Assembly: GCA_017654855.1 (NCBI GenBank)
Contig: CM030332.1
Coordinates: 7,812,001-7,876,000 of the forward strand
Direction: 5' to 3'
Length of the DNA: 64,000 nucleotides
Source: Podospora anserina
Lineage: Eukaryota
Under the pieces are notes generated by a model. The model worked only from the letters and a program-made list of their open reading frames with translations. It was not told the DNA's origin and did no database searches. The position numbers were made by a program, and so were the translations under genes. Positions 11,537 through 22,035 of the stretch are shown here, piece after piece; the first letter of the stretch is position 1, and every line of letters starts with the position of its first letter.

Positions 11537-12785
11537 TGCGGCTCTTGATGATCAACCGGCTTGGCGTACAAACGATGGTTCCCTTCTTCAACACCGTCGA
11601 CGCGAAAGACGCGTGGAAAAGAAAAAACGAAGCTTGACAGAAAACGAGAGGGGCTTGAACGGTCCTGCGGCGGGAACCACAAACACATGTCCTTCATTTT
11701 CCTCTTGTTATCCGGGGTGTGTCGAGCTGGGCAAGGGTTGCGATCAGGGTCCATGGGATCATTGGGCGCTGAGCAAGGCTCAGACCCCAATAATTTGACT
11801 GAATCTAGACGGCGCTGTGCATAACACGGCGTCGCGAACAGCCTCTGATAGGTGTGATGGCTGCAGGCCAGCACTTATTGGGGTGCGGCTGAAGGTTACG
11901 CCGATGCCCCTGACAGGTGAGCTGGCCGAGATTATGGGGTTTCACAAGCTCCTGAGAATGAAGTTGCTCCGTCTTATCACGCCGTCTCTGGGGATCATGA
12001 TGGGGTTTTCAAAAGTCGATGTGGATAGCTTCATTGAAGAATTGGGCTGTGAGTTACAGCAGCCCTCCAGCCTTGGCGGGATCTGTCTTGAGGTCGATCG
12101 AAGGTGAACAAGAGAAGAGGTAAGAAACCGACACTTGCTTTCTTGGAAAACTTGGACCAAAATGAGTACTGGAGTTTGATAGCTATATGATTTCACTAGA
12201 CACATGATGAAAGCCGTAAGTATTACCTATTCTTGCTGTCGGCATGGTATAAGAAAAATAAAAAAATAAAAAAGGCTTTTGCTTGAATCGAGGTCGAAGT
12301 TGGGATTTGAAACTGGAGAAATTGACAAAGACAAAATGCGGAACGAGTGTGAAAATAGATGGCAGGGGTCGCCGCTCATTCCCGTCATACCCGCTTTTGG
12401 ACAACCACAACTCCTCAACACCATGTCCCCGTCTCGGTTCAGGGTGCGATGTTTCTTTATCCTGTTCAACCGTGAGCCATTTCGTGGCTCAGATTCGATA
12501 AAGTGGCGGTTGGAAGGTGGGATTGAGCACAACTATTCCTCTGCATCTGTCACTCGCTCAACAGCTCTCTCACTTCCTTAGATAAGTCCAAGAAACCCCA
12601 TGGTCAAAGCTGACATCATGGAAATCGAGTCTCTCACAGCCCGAACCTCCAGCCCCTCAAACCACCACCTCTGATCCTTCCAATAGCTCCTCTCTCACCT
12701 GAGTCTCTTGACTTTCAATATCACCCGGAGCTCACAGCACCCCGCCGATACCCGCCAAGCGTCTTGGTCGGGATGCAGCCCGCAC

Positions 12786-12802
12786 GGTTAAATGGGGATA
12801 AA
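12786..12802 (+). promoter_or_regulatory. Tandem GGNTAAA (XlnR/XLR-1-type) motifs upstream of the GH43 gene
   Basis: GGTTAAA at 12786 and GGATAAA at 12796, 10 bp apart, about 380 bp upstream of the ATG. TATA-like TATATAT near 12949. Confidence 0.45.
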
Positions 12803-13171
12803 TAGGGAATGGGACCAGGAACTCCTTCTTTCCGACATCCACGCGATCCATATGACCCAGCGCGGCGGAGAGCATTTGGAGAAGAACTGTGATGGCACGC
12901 CCACCCCGTGCTTCTACCCGGGCGGGCAAGTTGTGTGCTCCGGATGTGTATATATCTGAGGTAGTTCCTCCGTCACATCCTCCCTTCTGTTTGATTTCAT
13001 TATTTTTCATACCATCTTCACCCCCTCCCCGCCCCCCCCCATCTTCACCAAACAAAGTCAAGCCAACTTGCCCTCCCCCGCAAGATCTAACCCCCCCGCA
13101 AATTACCCCACTACTCCAACTTTACCCCACAAACCAAACCCTCCCCCCCCTTCCCTTATCAGTTTATCAAG

Positions 13172-14155
13172 ATGGCCCCCCTCATCACAAACATCTACAC
13201 GGCCGACCCTTCAGCCCACGTCTTCGAAGGCAAAATCTACATCTACCCCTCCCACGATCGGGAAACCGATATCCAGTTCAACGACAATGGCGACCAATAC
13301 GACATGGCCGACTACCACGTCTTCTCCACCGAGTCCCTCGACCCCGCCGCCCCTGTAGTCGACCACGGCGTCGTCCTCAAGACAGAAGACATCCCCTGGG
13401 TCTCCAAGCAGCTCTGGGCGCCTGACGCGGCCACCAAGAACGGGAAATACTACCTCTACTTCCCCGCCCGCGACAAGGAGGGCATCTTCCGCATCGGTGT
13501 CGCGGTCGGTGACCGGCCCGAGGGCCCCTTCACCCCCGACCCGGAGCCCATCAAGGGGTCCTACTCCATCGACCCTGCCACCTTTGTTGACGATGACGGG
13601 GAGGCGTATCTCTACTTTGGCGGCCTCTGGGGCGGGCAGCTGCAGTGCTACCAGAAGGGGCACGACGTCTTCGACGCCAGCTGGCAAGGGCCCAAGGAGC
13701 CGACGGGCGAGGGCGTCCCCTCCCTCGGTGCCCGCGTTGGCAAGCTGACAGAGGACATGCGCCAGTTCGCCGAGGAGGTCAGGGATGTGGTCATCCTCGC
13801 CCCCGAGACCGGCGAGCCCATCCTCGCCGACGACCACGACAGACGCTTCTTTGAGGCGGCGTGGATGCACAAGTACAACGGGAAGTACTACTTCTCTTAC
13901 TCCACCGGCGACACCCACTACCTCGCCTATGGTGTCGGCGACAGCCCCTACGGTCCCTTCACCTATGGCGGGAGAATTTTGGAGCCGGTGCTGGGCTGGA
14001 CCACCCATCACTCTATTGTCGAGTTCAAGGGGCGGTGGTGGCTGTTCCACCACGACTGCGAGCTCAGCAAGGGTGTTGACCACTTGCGGTCTGTCAAGGT
14101 CAAGGAGATCTTTTATGACAAGGATGGCAAGATTGTTACCGAGAAACCCGAGTAA
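13172..14155 (+). CDS. Glycoside hydrolase family 43 beta-xylosidase/alpha-L-arabinofuranosidase, intracellular
   Basis: Intronless, 327 aa. Motifs TADPSAHVF, WAPD, IDPATFVDDDG, FFEAAW and GWTTHHSI carry the GH43 catalytic Asp/Asp/Glu. No signal peptide. Confidence 0.95.
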   Translation: MAPLITNIYTADPSAHVFEGKIYIYPSHDRETDIQFNDNGDQYDMADYHVFSTESLDPAAPVVDHGVVLKTEDIPWVSKQLWAPDAATKNGKYYLYFPARDKEGIFRIGVAVGDRPEGPFTPDPEPIKGSYSIDPATFVDDDGEAYLYFGGLWGGQLQCYQKGHDVFDASWQGPKEPTGEGVPSLGARVGKLTEDMRQFAEEVRDVVILAPETGEPILADDHDRRFFEAAWMHKYNGKYYFSYSTGDTHYLAYGVGDSPYGPFTYGGRILEPVLGWTTHHSIVEFKGRWWLFHHDCELSKGVDHLRSVKVKEIFYDKDGKIVTEKPE

Positions 14156-14470
14156 AAAACGGTGTCTTCTGGATGGCAAAAGTGTAAAAACAGTGAAATA
14201 GGCGAAAAGACATCAAGTCAAATATATTGAAGGGTATAAACTTTTCTAATTGTGATATAGTGTTTTGCTCGTGATATATGCTAAGCTAAGGTAGTGGTGA
14301 GGTGACGTGAGGGGATAAGTTCGTGTCTGTGTATGTAGTAGTTGTATAGTTGTAGGGGGGGGGGGAGGAGCGGGGGGGATTGTAAAGCATCGCCATCGTC
14401 ATCCATCATATCCAACAACACCCAACAAAAGAAAACCAACGCTACGCCTACTCCGACTTCCTCTTTCCAA

Positions 14471-17400
14471 TCAGTGGTCCATCACACCAGACCTCAACTT
14501 GTTCAACGCATCCTCATACTTCCCAGGACTGTGATCAGTCAACATGCTCGTCCCAAACCTCACCTCCCTGAACCTTTTCTCCACATCCCTCACATACTTC
14601 AACACCACTCGGTGGGCTGGTCTCCCCAGATCCTCTCCGCCAATCTCCGGCACCAAAAAGGCATCTCGCCTCAACACCCGTGTGCTCTCCACAACGAACA
14701 CCTCTCCAGGCGGCAGCAACTTCTGGCTCATCATGCTCGCTCTGAGAACCTTGAGCGCAGCATAAGCCCACTGATCGTCATCCTCCCTCTTGCAAGACTC
14801 GCCACCGCTCCCGCTAGAGCCATACCACTTGTCTGCTATCCCTGACTGCAACGCGTCCCAGATTCGCTGTCTGACTTCCACCTTGGCCTCATTGTTGTCT
14901 GTCTTGAAGGCCAGCGACACTGCCTGAAAGTCGTGGAGGACTCCCAGTGAAAGATAGGGCACGAGGTCGTTGCCGTTGACAATGCTGGTGATCAGACCGC
15001 GAGTGGCTTTGCTCAGAGAAGCCGACATCGTCGAAGGCGGGCCATAGGCGAAAACGTGAACCGGGCGGCCAGCAGGGAGGCATATCTCTTGATGCCGGAA
15101 AGCAGTAGTTGTGGTGCCGTCGCCGAGGAGTCGAGTATGAGGGTTGGGTGAGGTGATGAAGGTGGAACTGCTTGGGTGTGGCTCCGAGAGCATAACTCCC
15201 AAGAGAGCGGTAACAGCACCGCCAAGGGAGTGGCCGGTGAGGACGAGACCGTAATCGGAGAATTCTTCCAGGGCTTGCTTGAGCGTGTTGAGGACCCTGC
15301 CGTCGCCGCCATAGAGCAGCCGCTTGGCCGAAGCGTGGACACCCTTGTGGACTTTGTAAGCCTTGCCACGCCAGACAAGGTCATCATAGTCACACGTCAT
15401 GTCTGCCAAGACATCTTCGAAGCCAAGTGTCCCACGGCAGGCAAGCACAACGGCTTTGGCCTTGTGGTCAAGAGAGATGTAATGAACGAGGGGTACGCCA
15501 GTGTTGGTGGAGCCCGTGCCGTCAGAGCCACCTTGGGGGTCGACAAAGGAGGAGAGCAGAATGCTGTTGGCATCGGATTCGGTGTGGTGAGCGAAGCAGC
15601 GGAGTTCGTGGTGGGTGTCATCGAGGGCGCGCAAGATGGGCATCTCTTTGGCAATGCCCAGGACTCTGAGGAAGTTTGACCCATAAGAAGCAGAAGCGAA
15701 TCTCATGTATCGAGTGATGTTGGTCAGAAAATGGTCGTTGGGAAAGATGGTGTCCAGTTTCCCAGCTTTTCGCAGAGTGCCCAACGCCTCGGTATCGCTG
15801 TAGGCACTCCTGGACTGGTAGTTTTGGTATGGAACAAGCGAACTTTGCGATTCATTGGCCCTGAGAGTGTAGATGCTGGGCGCATACATGTGAGATTTGA
15901 CCCGACGATGGTTAGTCCCTGGACCACCAAGCGGACCGCCAAGCTCTCTGTCCGACCTCGCCTTCCTAACAACAGGATTGGTTGACGAATTCTCCTGATA
16001 AGGTGAGACCGGCCGATAGTCATCCGCGGTTGTAATAGAGAATGTTTCGGTTTGGGAGATGGAAGAGTCCCGACGGCTGTGCACTGAAATATAACTAGCC
16101 CGCGACTCGCTCCTCGGAACACTTCGGCGTGAATCAGCAGTCCCTGGCCGCGATGTTTTTGTCGCTGTCGTCTTCTGTGGCGGCACAATTACAGGCTGTT
16201 TTGGAATCAGGGAGGACTGTTTGCTAGGAACTGCTAGATGTGATGGTGGCCTGGCGGGCTTCGCGGTTTCCTTCGTCTTCCCGGCGCTGCTCTCTGAGCC
16301 AGAATCCTCTCTATTAAAGAGCCGTCCTGGCTTGGTAAACGCGCTTCTGAAACCCCCTTTCTTGGCTGAGGAGCCTATACTAGGACCCGAATCTTCCTTC
16401 TGCTGCTTGTAGGAAGGCAGCAATCGGTTGAATGACTGTCTCCTGGAAGAGGAGCTCGGCCTGTCATTGTTTGATGAGGAATCGGTTGGGGGTATCCTTG
16501 GTCGCTTCTGATTTGCTGCGTTCTCCACCCCGTGTCTCGATGCAGAAGGTATACGGGATGGTTTGCTGATGGAAGACGGCGATATCGGCGAACCAGAGCC
16601 TTGGAAGTTGGGGCGTCGGATAGGTGGTCGTAATTGTTCTCTCGATGACTTAGGAGGGACCGATGGTGGTGGTGACGGGTCTTCTTCGTCCGTTTCCACG
16701 TCTGACGTTCCGGGAGACTCCGTGTCCATCCGTTCCACAAACCCGGGAACCTGGCTGACATCTCCGTGCTCCTTTTGAAACCAGCTTCGCCTCTCGTGAC
16801 TTCGTGAATGCCGGAACACAAACCGAGAATCAGAGATGCTGTTCTCCGGGCGGCCACGCAGTTGAGTCTGGGACAAGCTGTGGCGAACGGCCCGGGGCTC
16901 CTCAATCAGTTCCACGCCAGGAGGTGTGTCAACCCTGATATCCTCATCACCGCCGGTAACCTCCACTGTGATAATCTCGGTCGTGCGAATCTGCCGGGTG
17001 ATAGACACTCTAGCGTTATCGGGAAGAGACCTCATGATTTGTTGCTCTAGTTGGGCCACGGGAAGGCGACTTCGGTCATCGTCGTTGAGTTCGCCGTTAC
17101 TGTTGATGGCGATCACTGTTTCCTTCGACGAGGCCTCCTCGGCGGCGTACGATCCGCTGTGGACTCCATACAGACTCCCCTCATGCACATCAACCCGAAC
17201 ACCATCACTCAGCACTACCACGTCCCACACTACCTCCTCGACCCTCAAGGTACGACTCTCCTCTTCCAGCAGGCGCCGACACCATCTCTGCAGATATGCC
17301 ATCCCACACAGGCCCAGCATCAAGTCAATCACGCCGACCTTTTCTCCCTGTCTGCCCGTTGCGGGGTTCTGAAACTCGCGACGGATCAAAGTGATGATGC

Positions 17401-17953
17401 TTGCCATGGCCCGCGATGAATCTGTTGAGCCGAAAAACTGATCCAGGGTCGACAGGAGGAGCTGGGAAGTCTCAGAGATCATGGCGAGCGTTGTACCCGT
17501 CATGTGAAAACTGGTTGTGGTCCAAAAGACGATCTGGGTCATGGTCCTGTGCAAGTTTTCAAGGCTCCGTTCAAGTGTAGTTTCAGCATCTGCTCTTCCA
17601 AGATCTGTACCAGAACGCGAGATGACATCTTTTCCAGCTCTGCTGATGATGCCTCCGAGAATACTGCGACCAAGTTCCAGACTCGACAAGGTGGTGAGCT
17701 TTGCGGCATCGAAGCCATACCCGCCTATCACCGTGCTCATACGTAGAGCTAGACCTGTGGACCGGGTCGCGAAACTGACGACTTTGGCCACCGGGGTTGG
17801 CAGAAGGGTCTTCCCGGGATTCGAGGCTGAGACATCGCGAATCTGGGTTCCGATGTCCTCGTCAGGAATCACGGCAAGTCGGGCAGGACCTGCGTCCTCC
17901 GGATCCACGTCCATATCGACATCGTCTATGTCTCCATAGTTTCCAATAATCAT
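14471..17953 (-). CDS. Class 3 lipase (diacylglycerol lipase-like) with long disordered middle region
   Basis: 1160-aa ORF. C-terminal domain has VVLACRGT, VHKG, LTGHSLGG (GxSxG nucleophile), NGNDLVP and DH motifs. Confidence 0.9.
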   Translation of the reverse strand: MIIGNYGDIDDVDMDVDPEDAGPARLAVIPDEDIGTQIRDVSASNPGKTLLPTPVAKVVSFATRSTGLALRMSTVIGGYGFDAAKLTTLSSLELGRSILGGIISRAGKDVISRSGTDLGRADAETTLERSLENLHRTMTQIVFWTTTSFHMTGTTLAMISETSQLLLSTLDQFFGSTDSSRAMASIITLIRREFQNPATGRQGEKVGVIDLMLGLCGMAYLQRWCRRLLEEESRTLRVEEVVWDVVVLSDGVRVDVHEGSLYGVHSGSYAAEEASSKETVIAINSNGELNDDDRSRLPVAQLEQQIMRSLPDNARVSITRQIRTTEIITVEVTGGDEDIRVDTPPGVELIEEPRAVRHSLSQTQLRGRPENSISDSRFVFRHSRSHERRSWFQKEHGDVSQVPGFVERMDTESPGTSDVETDEEDPSPPPSVPPKSSREQLRPPIRRPNFQGSGSPISPSSISKPSRIPSASRHGVENAANQKRPRIPPTDSSSNNDRPSSSSRRQSFNRLLPSYKQQKEDSGPSIGSSAKKGGFRSAFTKPGRLFNREDSGSESSAGKTKETAKPARPPSHLAVPSKQSSLIPKQPVIVPPQKTTATKTSRPGTADSRRSVPRSESRASYISVHSRRDSSISQTETFSITTADDYRPVSPYQENSSTNPVVRKARSDRELGGPLGGPGTNHRRVKSHMYAPSIYTLRANESQSSLVPYQNYQSRSAYSDTEALGTLRKAGKLDTIFPNDHFLTNITRYMRFASASYGSNFLRVLGIAKEMPILRALDDTHHELRCFAHHTESDANSILLSSFVDPQGGSDGTGSTNTGVPLVHYISLDHKAKAVVLACRGTLGFEDVLADMTCDYDDLVWRGKAYKVHKGVHASAKRLLYGGDGRVLNTLKQALEEFSDYGLVLTGHSLGGAVTALLGVMLSEPHPSSSTFITSPNPHTRLLGDGTTTTAFRHQEICLPAGRPVHVFAYGPPSTMSASLSKATRGLITSIVNGNDLVPYLSLGVLHDFQAVSLAFKTDNNEAKVEVRQRIWDALQSGIADKWYGSSGSGGESCKREDDDQWAYAALKVLRASMMSQKLLPPGEVFVVESTRVLRRDAFLVPEIGGEDLGRPAHRVVLKYVRDVEKRFREVRFGTSMLTDHSPGKYEDALNKLRSGVMDH

Positions 17954-19020
17954 CGTTCAGCGCAAGGCAAGAACAGAGGGCGGTATGGGATAGGTGTCAA
18001 ATTAACAAAGGACGTGAGGGTGATTAGATCGCACAGGGCCTCGGCTGGTCATCCCGAGGTAGGCTGGTTCGACGCGCAAGGGATCAACGAAGGGAATTTC
18101 GCAATGTGTTGGGGGACGACAGGAGGGCCAGAGGAAAGGACCTTCATCATCATGGGCGACGGAGGGGGGGCGAGAGCAAGGAGAAACAGCTATTATTGCT
18201 GAACTCTAGGGGAGGAAGAAAAGAGCGGTGGGCGTGGCGAAACAGCTAGAACGGCTGGCCAGCCCTGAGATTGTCACAATTATGCGTTCCATGATAGTGC
18301 TGGAGGCATTCCACATCGTCACTGGGCTCTGCATTTCTGTGGCCCCCAAAGGCTAATTTGGCATGTGATGACGTGGGGACGGTCATTTGCCGGTCGTTAG
18401 GGGCGCCATAGCGGCATTAGCGAGCAGACTCCAACTGCCAAACAGGACCCAACCCAGCTAACCCCGCCTTTCGCACTCCACTATCTCCAGCAACGCGGGG
18501 CAGATGTGGCGGGTATCGATGCACAAATATTGGGCTGATGAGTTGGAGATTGGCTTTGACCGGCGCTGCGGTCCTCTCTACATCACTTCATCATCACAGC
18601 CAGAAACAGGCACTCAAAAGTCGGCAAGACTCCACGGCCATGGGAGGCCCTCTTTTCTCTCTGCGGGGCCATCAAGACGGATGCAAAAGCATCGGAGGAG
18701 GAGGAGGAGGAGGAGCGAGCACTCGCCCATCCAAGCTTTTACACATGAACGGTCAAGCCTCTGATGCGGTGCGCCTACCGTGTTCCTTCCCGACGGACTG
18801 GGTCAGGGCCATAGCACAAATCAACGACAAACTACTTTGGTTCGTGAGAGGTCAATTCCAGGTTGGACTGGGCGTTTTCTTATCGATCTGTTTTCCAAGT
18901 TTCGTGGTGGGAGCTGGGTAGCTGGTGGGTTTCCCAACAGCAAGCGATCCCGCTTTCTTATCGCTGTGCAACAGGGCTGGCCCGAACCGTTCCCGAGCCC
19001 TTGAATCGGAAGCGGGTACC

Positions 19021-19305
19021 TAGGGGCTGGTCCACGCCCTGGACAAAATAACCGGCACTGCAAAGGTAAGTCAATAGAGGAAAGTATTCTAAACCACACC
19101 TTAAAAATACAGTTAATAGATATTGAAAGATAGTTGATAGACATTGAGGAATAGTTAATACACCTAAAAGGATGCTAAATAAGCTTCAGAAATAATTAAA
19201 ATGGCCTATCTTCTCTTTCAAAAGGTTCAACTCAAAATGCTTATTATACGTTTGGCTGACTGGGAGTACCAGCTATTTTGTCCACAACGTGCTGTCGAAA
19301 CCCTG
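19021..19305. mobile_element. Degenerate non-autonomous TIR element (MITE-like)
   Basis: Inverted repeat: 19033-19059 cacgccctggacaaaataaccggcact versus reverse complement of 19265-19291 cacgttgtggacaaaatagctggtact, 21/27 identical with an 11-bp perfect core. Outer ends are TAGGG and CCCTG. The interior is strongly AT-rich. No target-site duplication seen. Confidence 0.5.
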
Positions 19306-19572
19306 GCCATTGACCATTGACCACATCGATTCAACATCCGCATTCCCTTTCGTGATCCATCTTGTTCTCATTGGGCCGACAACGTTCGCTTTCAGCATTT
19401 GCACCAACCGGTAAGAGAACCTCCCACACGGAGTTCCGTACGTCTTCTCCTCTCCTACGACTACCTTCCTCAATTCGACAAACTGTACCATCTTGTCGCC
19501 GTTTGGTCCGACATCGCTCGATCGATCCAGCCCAACGCACGTAGCCAGAACACGCAGACGATCACTTTCACA

Positions 19573-20169
19573 ATGAGCACCCAAGATCTTTTCTCGGCCG
19601 ACCTCCTTTCTCCCAGTGTCCAGGCTGAGCTCCCAGAGGGTTACAAGCTCCGCGCGCTTCGGTCAGAAGACTACGAGCATGGCTTTCTCGACTGTCTTCG
19701 AGTCCTGACAACCGTGGGGGATATCTCCCGGCAGGAGTTTGACGAACGCTACCAGTGGCTGGCCAAGCAAGACGGCACTTACTTTATTCTCGTGATTGAA
19801 GATACCAACTTCAACCCACCCAGGATCGTGGGTACCGGTGCGCTGATCGTGGAGCGCAAGTTGTGAGTAACCTATCACCCCGAAGCCGTCTCGCACCATC
19901 GTCCCAGCAGCAGGGATGGGCTAACGTGGTCGTCGCACTCCAGCATTCACGGCCTTGGGAAGGTCGGACACATCGAAGACATCGCTGTTGCGAAGGACCA
20001 ACAAGGGAAGAAACTGGGTCTTAGAATTATCCAGGCTCTCGATTTCATCGCCAAAGAGACGGGTTGCTACAAGACAATCTTGGACTGCAGCGAGCACAAT
20101 GAGGGCTTCTATGTCAAGTGTGGATTTAAGAGAGCGGGGCTCGAGATGGCCCATTATCACAACAAATAA
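19573..20169 (+). CDS. gna1: Glucosamine-6-phosphate N-acetyltransferase (GNAT)
   Basis: Exons 19573-19862 and 19944-20169. Protein reads LTTVGDI...ERKFIHGLGKVGHIEDIAVAKDQQGKKLG...GCYKTILDCSEHNEGFYVKCGF. Confidence 0.96.
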
Positions 20170-21642
20170 TGTTTGTTTCGCAAGATATCTTTTTTTTCTT
20201 TCTCGGAGAAGCTGCTGACTGGCGGGGGTCGGGATTGTTCAGCAGCTCAAATGTCAAGAACCCAACCTCTGACGTCGGCCCATTCCAAAATACTTGGGGG
20301 GCGGAGTACGGCTGGTGTTTGCAACCCCACGGAGCTTGGCACCGAGACTGCCACACTGTCCAGGAACGATCAACGATCTATCGGTAATGTCACGACGACA
20401 CGATATGTTGGACATACGCTACCATTTTGGCGCACAAAGGGCGGCACATTGATATCATATGTTCCTGTCAACACTTGCTGAAGTTAGCACAGTATCATGA
20501 AGCCAGCCTTGTTGTTTCATTCCGTTGTGATGTAACCAGAAAGTCTAGATTGGCGTGCTTGTGTTTCAGTGTTGACAATACGCAGTTCTTGTACAGCCAG
20601 ACTCAACGGATGCCGGTGTGCCCATTCAGGCAAGCGAGACATGTCGGCATGAGAAGATGTTTTCCGTAGCACGACTTTGTTTTGACGATTGGAGCCAGTC
20701 TCGTCAGAAGCAGAGACCAAGGACGCAGTCGAGATTGGTGCAACCCCGCGCGGAATCAAGGCCCCGTTGGCCCTGTTGGCGGCAGTTAGCGGGCTGCCAC
20801 AATGGCCCTACCGTTACAGTAACACCAGGGCCCCCTTTCTCACCCTTGGGACACATCCATCCATCGGCCCTGTGGCATGTGATTCTGGGCGGTCTCGAAG
20901 GGAAACAACACAACCCATCCACCAGCAGGCCAACTCGACACACACCACGTCCTGACTGGTTGGTCGGCCATTTTTCTGCTGCAGGCTCAGCAGTTCAAAC
21001 GCCGAACTCTGCTCTTCTGACACCCCACCGGACTTCCTTTAGTGGACTTTCCTATTCCCCAATTCCCCGTTATCCAATGGTGATCGACACAGGCGTCTGT
21101 TGTGCAGCCATGAAGGATGGTCCGCTGAGCACCGCGAATGCTTCTTGTCCTCGGAGATGGGCCAGGAATGGGCTGGCTCTACGCAGGTTCGGCCTTCGAC
21201 GGATTGATTCAGCTCCGCCAGGTGCATCCCGGCTTTTCCTGGTCTGGAAGGTTGGATGTCGGTTCCCCAGGTGAATGCGAAAAAGGTGACCATTGACGGG
21301 CCGGAAGCCATTCCATCTGACCACCTTCCAGTCACCTATGCGACCTTGCCTTGCCTTGCTCTTGTGCACCTTGCAATTTGGGTGATCTATATATGTTCAG
21401 GTGTTCCCCGTCTTCTGTTTATTGACGCTTTCTTTCGAAGTTATCAAGCAAGCTCACAGCAGTTTCAAGTCCTAGCTACCACAACAGCTTTTACGCATAT
21501 AAACATCACACACATAACCGTCTCACCAACTTCGCCTGTACCCGACTCATAGATACAACCCGTCAGCCTAGCCGCTTACCTACCGTTCGGACTACGGATA
21601 TTCCCCAAGACCAAACCCGACAGATCATTCATATTAACCAAA

Positions 21643-21897
21643 ATGGGTGTCATTGCTGAGGATCTCAACGCTACCGTCGCCCGTGTGCGCATTGCTCTGA
21701 TTCAGTCGCAGTCAGTGGTCCCTTCTATATATGTTGTGGCATGTCTCCTGTGCTGACACCTTGTTAAAAGAGTCCGTGATCAAGCAACCTCCCCCGTCAG
21801 GAGAGCCCGCAGAAGATCGACTACTACCGCTGTGTACGCTGGATCCAAGGACGGAGTGCCAGTTTTCTCCAAGCAGAAGGTTGTCAGAGTGATCTAA
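21643..21897 (+). CDS. Spliced 64-aa basic microprotein of unknown function, immediately upstream of ayg1
   Basis: Strong start context CAAAATGG. Exon 21643-21710, 60-nt intron 21711-21770 (GTCAGT..GCTGAC..AAG), exon 21771-21897. Product MGVIAEDLNATVARVRIALIQSQVRDQATSPVRRARRRSTTTAVYAGSKDGVPVFSKQKVVRVI*. TATA-like element near 21388. Confidence 0.7.
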
Positions 21898-22035
21898 CTC
21901 TTTTATTTGGTTTATTTTGTACTTTATTGCATTGCATTGCGGGCCGCTCTCTGGGGTCTTTTTTTTCTCTCTCATCATTTGTGTTGAACCTTGACAAAAA
22001 CTTTCGGATATCAAAATCAAGTCACATCAACAACC

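Noticed and set aside
11900-12107. Fragment resembling a methyltransferase C-terminus (GFSKVDVDSFIEELG)
   Set aside because: Too short and no upstream SAM-binding motif; cannot be supported without a search.
13211-14179. 322-aa minus-strand ORF
   Set aside because: Antisense shadow of the GC3-rich GH43 gene.
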